Assembly (NCBI GenBank): GCA_020184695.1
Contig: JAANOX010000108.1
Location: forward strand, 1 to 64,000
Direction: 5' to 3'
From: Histomonas meleagridis 2922-C6/04-290x
Lineage: Eukaryota > Protista > Parabasalia
Length of the DNA stretch: 64,000 nucleotides
Shown here: positions 25,201 to 34,263 of the stretch, piece by piece
How the letters are laid out: each line of letters starts with the position of its first letter
How positions within the stretch are numbered: position 1 is the stretch's first letter
The notes under the pieces: model-generated
What the model was told of the DNA's origin: nothing
The model's input: the letters and a program-made list of their open reading frames with translations, nothing else
Database searches by the model: none
Translations under genes and position numbers: made by a program

Positions 25201-26162
25201 AGTTAATTAATTCATATATAAAACAAAATAATAATTTTAAGTCAAATATAATTTCAACGACGAACGTTATCCCGATTTCTTTGAGACACGGTTTGGTTCA
25301 ATGGTTTACGGAAACGAATACTTTACAAAGCGTAATTGAACAATACCGAAAAATCATGAAAAGAAATCCACATGAAGAAATAGACTTAATGTTAAAATAT
25401 TCGATTGATAGATATGACGGACTTTTACCAATACAAAAGATGCAAATAATGGAAAGAATTTTTAATGAAATTCCAAATGATGATTTAAGTAATTTCTTTT
25501 GGATTAAAGCATCTACTACAGATATTTGGTGGAAACGCACAGAAACTTTTATTATTTCTTGTGCAATGACTTCTATTGTTGGATATGTTATAGGTTTAGG
25601 TGATCGACATCCTTCGAATTTATTAATAGATGAACTATTTGGGAGAATAATTCACATCGATTTCGGTGATTGTTTTGAAAGAGCTGCAAAAAGAGATAGG
25701 CTTCCTGAGGTTGTTCCTTTTAGGTTAACGAGAATGATGGTAAAGGCTATGGGTATTGCAGGGATTAATGGGCTTTATAAGTCGATATTTATAAATATGT
25801 CAAAAATTTTGAGAGAAAATAAAAATGTCCTTATGATGGTGTTGGCATTGTTTGTCCATGAACCATTAGCTGACCCTGATGACGACTTCACTTACGAAAA
25901 GAAAATAATTAGAACAAGTACATCAATGAGTGTACTCTCTGCGGGATTCGATGAAAATAATGTTTTGAGTTCTGATTTCGTAAATAGAAAATATATTTCG
26001 AATACGGAATTAAGAAAAATTGTAAAAAGTAAATTAAATGGAACAGAGTTCGGTACGAAAAATCCTTTGTCTGTGGAACAACAGGCAGAAAGATTAATAG
26101 AAATGGCAACAAGTACTTATAACTTGGCAAAAATGTACCACGGATGGTGTCCGTATTGGTAA
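19227..26162 (+). CDS. TOR: TOR-like PIKK-family atypical protein kinase
   Basis: 2311-aa ORF with HEAT repeats, a FAT region, an FRB-like segment, kinase motifs YQYLLKGHEDLRLDERIMQ, GLGDRHPSNLL and IHIDFGDCFE, and FATC LSVEQQAERLIEMATSTYNLAKMYHGWCPYW. The start is uncertain (TTG 19227; ATG 19238 with a 1-nt slip; in-frame ATG ~19374). Confidence 0.92.
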   Translation: MALKCSQTKRVPQFFRLPFKLNIRELPIPSKCKQLIELYNKYYDDFYSEMVRMGNSALSEYVDKYIQLLTTMSKSLEKEDKCRAGIGVVSLHSFGYPNFEQLTHVFDRIIPQSDRECVKFTSWCAGKLICHPREEQFHYISHLFKRILGWIRAHGRRERYLAAINLIQSLTLNAGSYMVIYLQTLKAEAWRMLSHPSHQVLKDAAKCYSTFTQAVMRYSRNHLHSYLTYIMSICDGLLGFKSPTKDYAALLIIKSISQLNLNYIVTGVDRISAVILNVYKRSSTPLIKSLAICTLSQLSMYRPDYFVDNIVDKIFDSFSELILDFDHDIVKPLILFCQTIPDYVLKRIESYTKIVLNLFKENLFKSCFLLLQTLIQTFPDYFFKNNINHKLLNVLPANFSIHYSRFFISYFEIAQKYQKDITKDELFKGLIKRIIEELHKNHLYPPLKLIAHLPKSLLKEKGELIKEILPLFSNNPKTKPYTVEITKAFFNISISSHVITHDEIYTKIIFVALYEETAINRCRILRILEKNCTKEIATNEHLNTLRAFINDESYSVRKIIFNIYRNISKYNPIHVLYITRESLMANIFNLKKSGIRQKAQIASILPDLIKASISSINLYSELLMNIILKSFKKANEINFINFLEQNSQIFYLVGLVNCIPFIAEFDPDKIRKNIDQLITYFCDHLIPTEHRLLILSILNSFIFILSPPCIDINIRAKVPLILLVCTKLLSTINSRKAKTGILKVIGIIGEIEVHQKTIYKFNNNFQQDDMDEELTRQFFRPHRDNEQEIDEIQLFDPVQVQYYYISIVANSLFEVFSDEKSSDLRFETIQILVKVLSNPKNSTLRYFDTFVNKLLSILEDENVTKIQLYLPEFCKLIRMSGNNIIPFVDRTLRFIKLKLCNELIIYFMDLILAYIDSLGNSFSLYISNLIYILLGLLDTWKTKDVQICRKILEIFSKIGISTINIRFLIVLQVCETIICLNTIPFIRIISLNTLKIFVENFDVSDYIPNILRSISFSFQYFNDDQQTYEETKQLLYALILYNKKWLIPNLKQSNNEINLFQINNPEISEILQKNYTKNELKNLIKKSGIYFIQQNIEKFDRPYTFSEDSLFARIITPNFGLGKYYEIWASNFILTFIMLSPINCIRICYSIATSNYSFALSIFNAAFYSCWKLLTEKGKFLITSALNEFFSSEEIYYNNKIGKDLLNMLFFMHKMSFPINIDFKVLIKACLNKGYPGFALRLLQEKFDKKQIKNEDIIQLIDVLLEINNYSDALTIFKMFIKGQPDINLLIKLKLWDKALMTQKEKFNDPFSKQKTFAPFIRSLIKLEQYEDVMKHYDFFQKVDISEKKRTSEYFAEAALKLQRWEDLNNILNYSPNNNIKCNIFLLLNLLHNKKFDQIDNIIEKSYRLLSNLPIKFLAEEQKIQKEIIYYSQQLFEISEMKKWFETNDENLKKKIQENWEKRIKTAPRDYDFWNRIITNRVHVTKIYDESLIKLFQLTNNNKSYLNSFRILFPNFDMTKSNYIERICYILVEHNLGSYKKALNDLENILNVIPNCSLKKQCVSLYVDWEIELNDSKESYQHLYNSLNSLFESSFKKTSFWKSKTLNNCSDINNNSVQFKGNYFKKIKPYSSLTFVFPKNILKNLYDENDEELLRKWSLINIEMMNHDLKNSKVYVFKAFQALLKCCIISHSFPDMVQLLNLFFEHTKEILEFNQRSEELFDNFTPTMLLNVSPQLLIQLSHPITKISNLIHQIILKLLPEHYHSLIFSLIVIQNSQNKERAKASQDILLKFHRICPEQHKEVMLIKRSLIYAANTWYELTLNQIYNAKDQYQNNEYKNFRNILLNLYREYQEPHCQLHYQFLQEFNLEIEQLNVLLNEKQSTKINESLYKWCETMEDYVSNITKNIQLIQLSSISSTLCNKSSFYLAVFGTYKPGKQIIRIKYFIGQIGIYMSKQQPKEIIVRGEDGKFYQYLLKGHEDLRLDERIMQFFKLINSYIKQNNNFKSNIISTTNVIPISLRHGLVQWFTETNTLQSVIEQYRKIMKRNPHEEIDLMLKYSIDRYDGLLPIQKMQIMERIFNEIPNDDLSNFFWIKASTTDIWWKRTETFIISCAMTSIVGYVIGLGDRHPSNLLIDELFGRIIHIDFGDCFERAAKRDRLPEVVPFRLTRMMVKAMGIAGINGLYKSIFINMSKILRENKNVLMMVLALFVHEPLADPDDDFTYEKKIIRTSTSMSVLSAGFDENNVLSSDFVNRKYISNTELRKIVKSKLNGTEFGTKNPLSVEQQAERLIEMATSTYNLAKMYHGWCPYW

Positions 26163-26867
26163 TTGTAAATAAAAATGTATAAATATGCAAACGTCAACAT
26201 GAATATTTAAAATTATTATGTGATAAAAATTCCACTTGAATACATCCTTAAAATTTGAAAAACAATTCTGGCTCTATATTTTTACATTCACAGAAACAAT
26301 TGCATTCACTAAATCAAATACATTTACTAGTTCTAATACTTATAGTGTTTCATTTATATTAAATGAGAACTTGACACTAGCTATAACATTAATTTTTTCT
26401 TTTGAAGTTGCTTAATATATTTATATTTAAAGTTCAGAATCATCAAATGTTGAACTTAATCATAGTATACCAATTGGGATGATGAATACAAGAATTGAAA
26501 AAGATCCGTACACATGTGAAAATCCATTCGTATTAATACCGTGTTGGCCAACACGGTGCATATGGTTATTTACAAGAAAGGTGGAACATGAGTTTGAAAA
26601 TCTCTCTGTAGATTTGTTTCTTAATACACACAATTTCCAGAAGATAGGGATGACAAAACAAGGTTTTTGATAAATCAATTATTTTATCATTTTATTTTTA
26701 ATTTTAAATATAAAAGTTTTTAAATTGTTGTTAATAACTCACTTCGAATCCTGCTCCGAATTTATCATCAATCATGCAATGCATTTAATATTTTCTATGA
26801 GATCTTGCAACACCAAATTTTGATTAGAATTAACGTACCCATTCACCTCATCTGCGATTTTGTCATT

Positions 26868-29808
26868 ATGGGTGGAAGTGAAAGCCATACAAAAATAATT
26901 TGCGAAGAAAACATACAAATGTTACAAGATTTAGAAGAAATTATTTTTGATTTAGATGAGAAAAATATTGATCGATTGGTTGAATCTTCATTAAATTATT
27001 TTTCAGTAGAATTTCCATATTCTTTCTATCATATCATTTGCAGAATTGTTTATTCATATTTTGTTTCAACAAGCTATGAAGAATTATGTTTTAAGTATTT
27101 AAAATCTATTGAAAAAAAGTCAAGTTATAATATCATCAATATTTTTACTCAGTTTTTATTAAAAATTAATAGTCAAGAATCAAATTATCTACTCGAAAAA
27201 ATGATTGAAGATGAATTAATTGATCCAAATATTATTCAACATGAAAACAATCCATATTTTATACATAATTTTACAGAAAATATTTTACAGCGATCTAAAA
27301 GACTTATATATCAAATTGAAGAAAAATTTCAAAAAAATGGTTTTGAACTTCACAAAAAGTACGTCAAAGAAGGACATAATCCAAATGAAATTGCAAGAAT
27401 AATTCGAAATGATGAAATAGAAAAACTTCAAGAGATATCATCACAAACAAATTTTGATTTTAACCAAACAATTAAGCCATCACTTTATGAAAAGTGTTCA
27501 TTCATTAATAAAGAAGATGTTACATTAATTGCTTATGCAGCATTTTTTTCAGCAGAAAAATGTTTTAAATATTTACTTATAAATGGCTCTGATATAGAAA
27601 ACACAGGAAAATATGCTGTTGCGAGTGGAAATGAAGAAATTATTCACTTATGTGAACAAAATCATTCATCTTTTCAAAATGCATATGAAACAGCAATTGA
27701 ATTTCATCGAAATGATATCTTTAAATATATTTATGAAAAGAAATTCGAAGAAATTTATAATTTAGAAGTATTAGGAAAAGAATGTATTTTACATGATAAT
27801 TTTAATCTTTTTTCATTTTTAGTAAAAGAAGGAATGAAAATTAATAATACTTTTATCAATACCTCAATCATAACAGGAAATATATTTATTTTTCAATGTT
27901 TCCCAAAAAAAATTCAATAAATTTTTTGGAAATTTCAGGTTTCTCTGGTAATAAAGAATTTTATAATTACCTTATTAAACATAAATATATTAATTTAAAA
28001 CAAAATGTTTGAAAATTTTATTGAAAATTTTACAAAATAATTTAATATTTTAAAACATAATTTAGCGTTTTTTAAAAATATTTGCATTATTCTTAAATGC
28101 ATCTCAAAGAGGTTATTTAGAAATCGTTCAATTACTTCTTGAACAAGAAGGAATTGATATTAATGCTAAAAATATTTTTTTGTTTTATATAATATTTATT
28201 TTAATAATTTTGGATTTCAAAATAATATTTGGAAATTATTTAAATTATTTTGGACAGCACTTATTTGTGCATCTAGAGAAGGTCATACAGAAATAGTTAA
28301 ATTACTTCTTGAACAAGAAGGAATTGATATTAATGCTGATGATATTTATTTGTTTTATTTGAAATTTATTTTAATAATTTTATATTTCAAAATAATATAA
28401 GGAAATTATTTAAATTATTTAGAACAGCACTTCTGATAGCATCTGAATATGGTCATACAGAAACAGTTAAATTTCTTCTTGAACAAGAAGGAATTGATAT
28501 TAATGCTAAAAATATTTATTTGTTTTATTTAAAATTTATTTTAATAATTTGATATTTCAAAATAATATTTGGAAATTATTTATAATATTTAATACAGCAC
28601 TTATGTTTTCATCTTATAATGGTCATACAGAAATAGTCAGATTACTTCTTGAACAAAAAGGAATTGATATTAATGCTAAAAATATTTATTTATTTTATTT
28701 AAAACTTATTTTAATAATTTTTAATTTCAAAATAATATTTGGAAATTATTTAAATTATTTAAAACAGCACTTATGTTGGCATCTGCAAATGGTCATACAG
28801 AAATAGTTAAATTTCTTCTTGAACAAGAAGGAATTGATATTAATGCTAAAGATATTTATTTGTTTTATATAATATTTAATTTGATAAATTAAAATTTCAA
28901 TAATATATTTGGAAATTATATAAATTATTTAGAACAGCACTTATTGAAGCATCCTATGAATGTCATACAGAAATATTTAAATTACTTCTTGAACAAGAAG
29001 GAATTGATATTAATGCTAAAGGTATTTATTTGTTTTATTTAATATTTATTTTAATAATTTCATATTTCAAAATAATAATTGGAAATTATTTAAATTATTT
29101 GATACAGCACTTATATCTGCATCTTCAAAAGGATATATAGAAACAGTTAAATTACTTCTTGAACAAGAAGGAATTGATATTAATGCTAAAGGTATTTATT
29201 TTTTTTTATTTATTATCTGTTTTAATAATTTAATATTCCAAAATAATATTTGGAAATTGTTTAAATTATTTAATACAGCACTTATTTGTGCATCTAGAGA
29301 AGGTCATACAGAAACAGTTAAATTACTTCTTGAACAAGAAGGAATTGATATTAATGCTAAAAATATTTATTTGTTATATTTTATATTTATTTTAATAATT
29401 TTGGATTTCAAAATAATATTTGGAAATTATTTAAATTATTTTGGACAGCACTTATTTGTGCATCTAGAGTAGGTCATACAGAAATAGTTAAATTACTTCT
29501 TGAACAAGAAGGAATTGATATTAATGCTGATGATATTTATTTGTTTTATTTTATATTTATTTTAATAATTTTGGATTTCAAAATAATATTTGGAAATTAT
29601 TTAAATTATTTTATACAGCACTTATTTATGCATCTTGGAATGGTTATACAGAAATAGTTAAATTACTTCTTGAACAAGAAGGAATTGATATTAATGCTAA
29701 AGATATTTATTTGTTTTATTTTATATTTATTTTAATAATTTTTAATTTCAAAATAATATTTGGAAATTATTTAAATTATTTTATACAGAACTTATGATGG
29801 CATCTTGA
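26868..29808 (+). CDS. DUF3447 plus ankyrin-repeat protein whose repeats are interrupted by 44 17-nt elements (decoded ~730 aa); a 1-nt frameshift at the A8 run 27905-27912
   Basis: ATG 26868 (MGGSES, possible N-myristoylation; TCATT initiator-like motif just upstream). DUF3447-type YAAFFSAEKCFKYLL…YAVASGNEEII…AIEFHRNDIF. Ten 29-codon ankyrin cores are followed by TELMMAS* at 29785-29808. The hairpins are restored only after removing the 17-mers. Confidence 0.7.
28004..29784 (+). repeat. Tandem array of 170-nt units: 87-nt ankyrin core plus an 83-nt spacer made of 5 single codons and 4 x 17-nt elements
   Basis: Thr codons (ACA) start at 28254, 28424, 28594, 28764, 28934, 29104, 29275, 29445, 29615 and 29785, a period of 170 nt (one of 171 from a T9 run). 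A lead-in spacer at 28004-28086 has the same 20-nt register. Confidence 0.95.
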
Positions 29809-30124
29809 CAAATTGTATTTCAACATCAATAATTAAAATGAAACATTTAAAAAAAATTTGGGTATTCAATATTATTTAGTATTAACATTAGTAAAATTAA
29901 TTGAAATAGGTTTTATATATATATAAAATGATATTAATTTGAATTTACGTTATTTCATGGTTCGTTCTACATGAATAATAAACATAAAATTTTAAATTTG
30001 TGCCTTATGTATTTTAATAATAATTCGGAATTCGGAATTACCTACGAAACCATAAATTTATTTACAAATAGATCTCTTTGACTTTGTGCATGGAATTCAT
30101 TAAAAACAAAATAAAAAATTTATT

Positions 30125-30994
30125 TTATTCTAATTTCTTTGCAGGCATTTTTGGCTTAACTTTAGGGAGGAACGAAATGATAGTGTCTGCAACGTTCTGG
30201 AATGCCTTTGCATATGCACTATTTGGATGTTCTACAATTGCCGGAACACCTTTATCTGATGATTTGGAGATTTCAGGATCAATTGGAAGTGACCCTAAAA
30301 TTGGAATATTGAACTCCAACGATAATTCTTCTGCGCCATTACCAGGGAAAATCTTCGATTGCGTCTTGCAATGTTCACATATAAATCCATCAAAGTTTTG
30401 AATGATGCCTAAAATTGGAATATGCATTTGCTTGAATAGTGAAATGCTCTTCCTGACATCTGCAACAGAAATTTCTTGGGGTGTTGTAACCAATAAGGTT
30501 CCATCAATATGAAATGATTGAAGGAGAGTTAAGTGAACATCACCAGTTCCTGGCGGCGTATCAACAACAAGGTAATCTAGATCTGGCCAAGCTGCCTTTA
30601 AAAGAAATTCAGAAATGACCTTTCCAACAATAGGACCTTTCCAAAGCAATGCTGCTTCTTTATCAACTGCATTACCCAAAGAAACAGTATCTATCCCATT
30701 TGCTTTAACAGGTAAAAAGTTTGCATCTTTATCTGATGCAAGGAAATTGTCTTTGGTGTCTGCCATTGTAGGAATAGATGGGCCATATATATCTCCATCA
30801 AACAAACCAACTTTAGCTCCTGTATGTGCAAGTGCTATAGCTGTGTTAAGTGCAACTGTAGATTTTCCAACGCCACCTTTACAACTTGAAGTGAGGATAA
30901 CTCTCCCAACTCCTGGGATTACATTCTTTTTAAATATATTTTGGACTGTGCCCTGAGTTGCATTTGAAGAAAAGCGCCTGAAACTGCTCAGCAT
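30125..30994 (-). CDS. IND1: Mrp/NBP35-family P-loop ATPase, Ind1-like Fe-S assembly factor with a hydrogenosomal presequence
   Basis: N-terminal MLSSFRRFSS presequence-like segment; GKGGVGKST, DGDIYGPSIP, LWKGP, DYLVVDTPPGTGD, FICEHC. Confidence 0.8.
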   Translation of the reverse strand: MLSSFRRFSSNATQGTVQNIFKKNVIPGVGRVILTSSCKGGVGKSTVALNTAIALAHTGAKVGLFDGDIYGPSIPTMADTKDNFLASDKDANFLPVKANGIDTVSLGNAVDKEAALLWKGPIVGKVISEFLLKAAWPDLDYLVVDTPPGTGDVHLTLLQSFHIDGTLLVTTPQEISVADVRKSISLFKQMHIPILGIIQNFDGFICEHCKTQSKIFPGNGAEELSLEFNIPILGSLPIDPEISKSSDKGVPAIVEHPNSAYAKAFQNVADTIISFLPKVKPKMPAKKLE

Positions 30995-31388
30995 TTGACA
31001 CTTTTCGATTCTGTGTTATGTAAACTTCTAAATTTTCTAATCGGCATTCTAAACAGAAAAACCGCTGATGAACACCAAATTTTTTTTCTCTCTTCTTTAA
31101 ATTGGTTAATAAATATCTTGAAGCCAAGGCACTGAAGCAAGCCTAGAAAAGACAACATTTTTCGTCACAAAATTTGCATCAAAAATCTATAATAAACTTA
31201 AAGTGATTTTTGTTGATCAAATGAAAATAATACTTAAATTTTATCCTCTTGTGCTTAATTATGGGATATATTCAAAATGTTAAATGCGTAACATACATTT
31301 CACATTGAAAATGGCTAAATACAAATGAAGAAAATGTAAACTCGTTTCTATCGTTGTAAACCGTCAGTAGGAATAACTTGCAGCAAAA

Positions 31389-33710
31389 ATGGAAATTTCA
31401 ACAAATGAAACAATTGATTACCATAATCTTCAAGACAACCCATACCAATACCTACCCATATCAAGTGCTGTTGCAATTGTTGAAGACATCGTCGAGGAAG
31501 CCTTAAAAAAAAGTGAACAAAATTTAAATCTTCTAATTAACCAAAAAAACTGGCTAGCCACTGCGCTTCTTTATGCATTAACAATTAATGATCAAAAATA
31601 CGAACAATTAATTTCAAAAGCACTTAAATTAATTGAATTAATTTTCACCGATAAATCAGAAGATTCATTGCAAATCTCTATTTTTGCGTATACCTATGTG
31701 ATCCAAAATCAAAGTTCATCACATATAGACATTGATAATTCAATTGGAAAATTAAAACAAATTTTGCCCAAAATTTCGACACCTCATCCATTTATTTGCT
31801 ATTTAAATTGCATGCTTGATGTTGCCAAAGGCAAAGGTAATTGTCATTTAGATTCCTTTAACACTCTTATTTATTCTTTATTAAACATTCGTTTTAATCA
31901 ACCTATTCCAGGCATTTCCAACACAATAAATCGGATATGGGATGTTAAATCTAATGGAGAGTACATTGATATCTTCAATGGATTTCTTGAAGTTCTTTTC
32001 AAAGAATTTTGGGGAAATTCCAAATTAAATGAAAACACCCGAAAAATTTTTCTTTTATTTTTCAAGAAACTCCCAAAGAAAGAAGCGTTAAACAGAACAA
32101 TTCAAACCACCTCATTTCTTGACAGCGAATTCTTAGCATATAAATTAGTTCCAACGGAAACAATTTTCCAATTATTTTGTGATACAATATTAAACGATGC
32201 TAAAGAACTTGACATGGAAAAAATGTTATTATTATTCCAGTCACCAAACATTCATAGTAAATGGTTTGGCTTAATTAATCATTATCTCATTAATGTAATG
32301 AAAACAATTCCAAACGAAGAAAAAAGTGATTTTTTTCAACGGTTAAATACGTTATTTGTCAGACGACCGTTAGCGATGAAACCTGTTATTATTGAAATGT
32401 TTAATGAAATCAAAAAAATGAAAGCCATTGAACATATACATTTATTTTTTACAAATATTCAAATGGTCTTTCCCAAATTTTATGCGTCACAAAAGGAATC
32501 CTTTAGTCATAAGCTTAATATTCAACCCACATTTTCATTATTTGTTTCATCTGAGTTAAGTATCTTTTCGGACAACACTAAGTTCTTACAAATTTTATTG
32601 TTGTATTGTTTTACGATTGATTATAACATTGTTCTTCCATACATGACGAACACGAATATACAGCCTGATGTTATAATGTTTTTAATCCAAATTGCGAAAA
32701 TCGGAAACTTAACAGAAAAAACTAAAAACAAAATCACTTCCAAAATAAAAGAAATGAAACAACCAAATGATTATGACTTTAATTTACTTATAAAAATCTT
32801 GTTGTTAACAATCGCTTCGAAAGAACATAACTTAATACAAAACGTTTCGGATTATTTCGATTTCGAAAACAGTAAAGATGTTGTACACTTCGCTTTACCT
32901 TCTGCTATAATATCTTTCGCGAAGTCTAAACAAGGAAAGTTCCTACTTATCATTAACACTTGTATTGGGACTTCAATTTATGAAATTAATGAATTCGAAA
33001 ATATGGATAACCAATCACTTTGGGAAAAAACATTAAAATTCCTCGTGGGACTTGGATTCATATTACCGGATAATAGATATGACCTAAAGGTGGTGCAACA
33101 AGAGCCGCTAAGTCTGAAGAAGTTCTTCACCAAAACAAAAACTCCAAAATTTTACGTTTCAACCGCTTTTATCGGCTCTGAATCGACGTCACTTTTTCCC
33201 GAAAACGATGCGAATCAATCGCAACCGTCAAATGCATTCAAAAAGTTTCTGTACAATTTGGGTGAAGTTGTTAAAGTTAATAAGAATAACAACGTACCAA
33301 AGATTGTCTTCAGGATGAATTTTATCGATATCTATTATAAGTCATATTACTATTATGATGATGACTCAAAAAGGAAATTTATCAAAAATAATGATATGTT
33401 AATTATCTTTAATGATACAAAACAAAATATAAACTTCTCTAAGTTAAGAATAGATTCTGTACTCGTGTATATGGTGTCACAATATACTGATGGATTTTAT
33501 GTTATTTCACTCATCAAATCTCCACCCGAAATTTCTGCGCTAGAAGAAAAAGAAGAAATGATAGTGAAAGAGGAACATTTGAAATACGCATTGTTCTCTT
33601 TCATCTTCGCTTTCGCTAAGAAAAATGTTAGTTATTTGTTAAGGGGATTTAAGGAAAGGCAAAACGCTATCGATGACATAAATACTTCGATTGGCGAACA
33701 AATATTTTGA
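31389..33710 (+). CDS. Hypothetical protein with a possible C-terminal Rap/Ran-GAP-like domain (tuberin/RalGAP-like)
   Basis: 773-aa ORF. AFKKFLYNLGEVV and KRKFIKNNDMLIIFND loosely match RapGAP motifs (YEEFL..LG, KRHIGND.V.IV). Confidence 0.4.
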   Translation: MEISTNETIDYHNLQDNPYQYLPISSAVAIVEDIVEEALKKSEQNLNLLINQKNWLATALLYALTINDQKYEQLISKALKLIELIFTDKSEDSLQISIFAYTYVIQNQSSSHIDIDNSIGKLKQILPKISTPHPFICYLNCMLDVAKGKGNCHLDSFNTLIYSLLNIRFNQPIPGISNTINRIWDVKSNGEYIDIFNGFLEVLFKEFWGNSKLNENTRKIFLLFFKKLPKKEALNRTIQTTSFLDSEFLAYKLVPTETIFQLFCDTILNDAKELDMEKMLLLFQSPNIHSKWFGLINHYLINVMKTIPNEEKSDFFQRLNTLFVRRPLAMKPVIIEMFNEIKKMKAIEHIHLFFTNIQMVFPKFYASQKESFSHKLNIQPTFSLFVSSELSIFSDNTKFLQILLLYCFTIDYNIVLPYMTNTNIQPDVIMFLIQIAKIGNLTEKTKNKITSKIKEMKQPNDYDFNLLIKILLLTIASKEHNLIQNVSDYFDFENSKDVVHFALPSAIISFAKSKQGKFLLIINTCIGTSIYEINEFENMDNQSLWEKTLKFLVGLGFILPDNRYDLKVVQQEPLSLKKFFTKTKTPKFYVSTAFIGSESTSLFPENDANQSQPSNAFKKFLYNLGEVVKVNKNNNVPKIVFRMNFIDIYYKSYYYYDDDSKRKFIKNNDMLIIFNDTKQNINFSKLRIDSVLVYMVSQYTDGFYVISLIKSPPEISALEEKEEMIVKEEHLKYALFSFIFAFAKKNVSYLLRGFKERQNAIDDINTSIGEQIF

Positions 33711-34263
33711 AATATTAAATAAATGAAACAGACGGATTTTGTTTTTAACGTTGTGATTATGTTTTCCGTAATGTACATTTAATTTTCGTTTTTGTTGTTT
33801 ATACATTGACGTGAAAACCTGAAGAATTATACTTTGGAATAATTGACTGCTATAGCATTATTCTTAAAGGACATATTTAATAGTAGATATTTGATAAATT
33901 TTATTTGGATTTAAAGATCTGTTTTTCGCAATAATCCTATTTCACACACTTCACCCGAGGGAACGTTAATTCGATTTTTTTTTTTTTCGATTTTCTTCTC
34001 GTATTTTAATTATAATTTAAATTTGCTTAGAAACTATATAAAAAAATTATGATTTATTCTCATTTTTAATTGTTGGTCTACATGTTCAATGTATTTAAAA
34101 AATAACTTACTTCACGAGTTCTACTTTTATTAATAAACATAAAATGAAGAATTTCCACTGATTTATGTAGATTAAATTTTTCATAAGTAATTATTAATAT
34201 ATTATTTGAAACATATAATTTTGAAATGATATAGCCATGTGTATCTTTAAAAATATATTGATT

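Noticed and set aside
27880-27930. A single 17-nt element as the cause of the frameshift after the DUF3447 domain
   Set aside because: Candidate 17-mers lack the ATTT end, and removal makes the segment too short against the paralogs. A 1-nt homopolymer indel fits better.
28171-28253. Read-through by a -1 ribosomal frameshift in each 20-nt unit
   Set aside because: The third element reads ATT TCA AAA TAA (stop) in the entry frame. Dozens of serial frameshifts would be needed, and the ankyrin hairpin consensus appears only when the 17-mers are removed.
28549-29472. Track ORFs 28549-28806 and 29257-29472 as independent small genes
   Set aside because: Each is one ankyrin core plus read-through into flanking spacers, i.e. 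by-products of the interrupted array.
28171-29784. Spacers as ordinary GT-AG introns using the ACAG in ACAGCACTT or the GT in TTGTTTTAT
   Set aside because: The GT/AG combinations I tried do not restore the frame with a full repeat. The AG is missing in the 34.76-kb copy (ACACCA), there is no ACTAAC branch motif, and the conserved Gly and variable codons would fall inside the intron.
28004-29784. CRISPR array
   Set aside because: Eukaryotic context, no cas genes, and the 'repeats' are ankyrin-coding with 3-nt variable parts.
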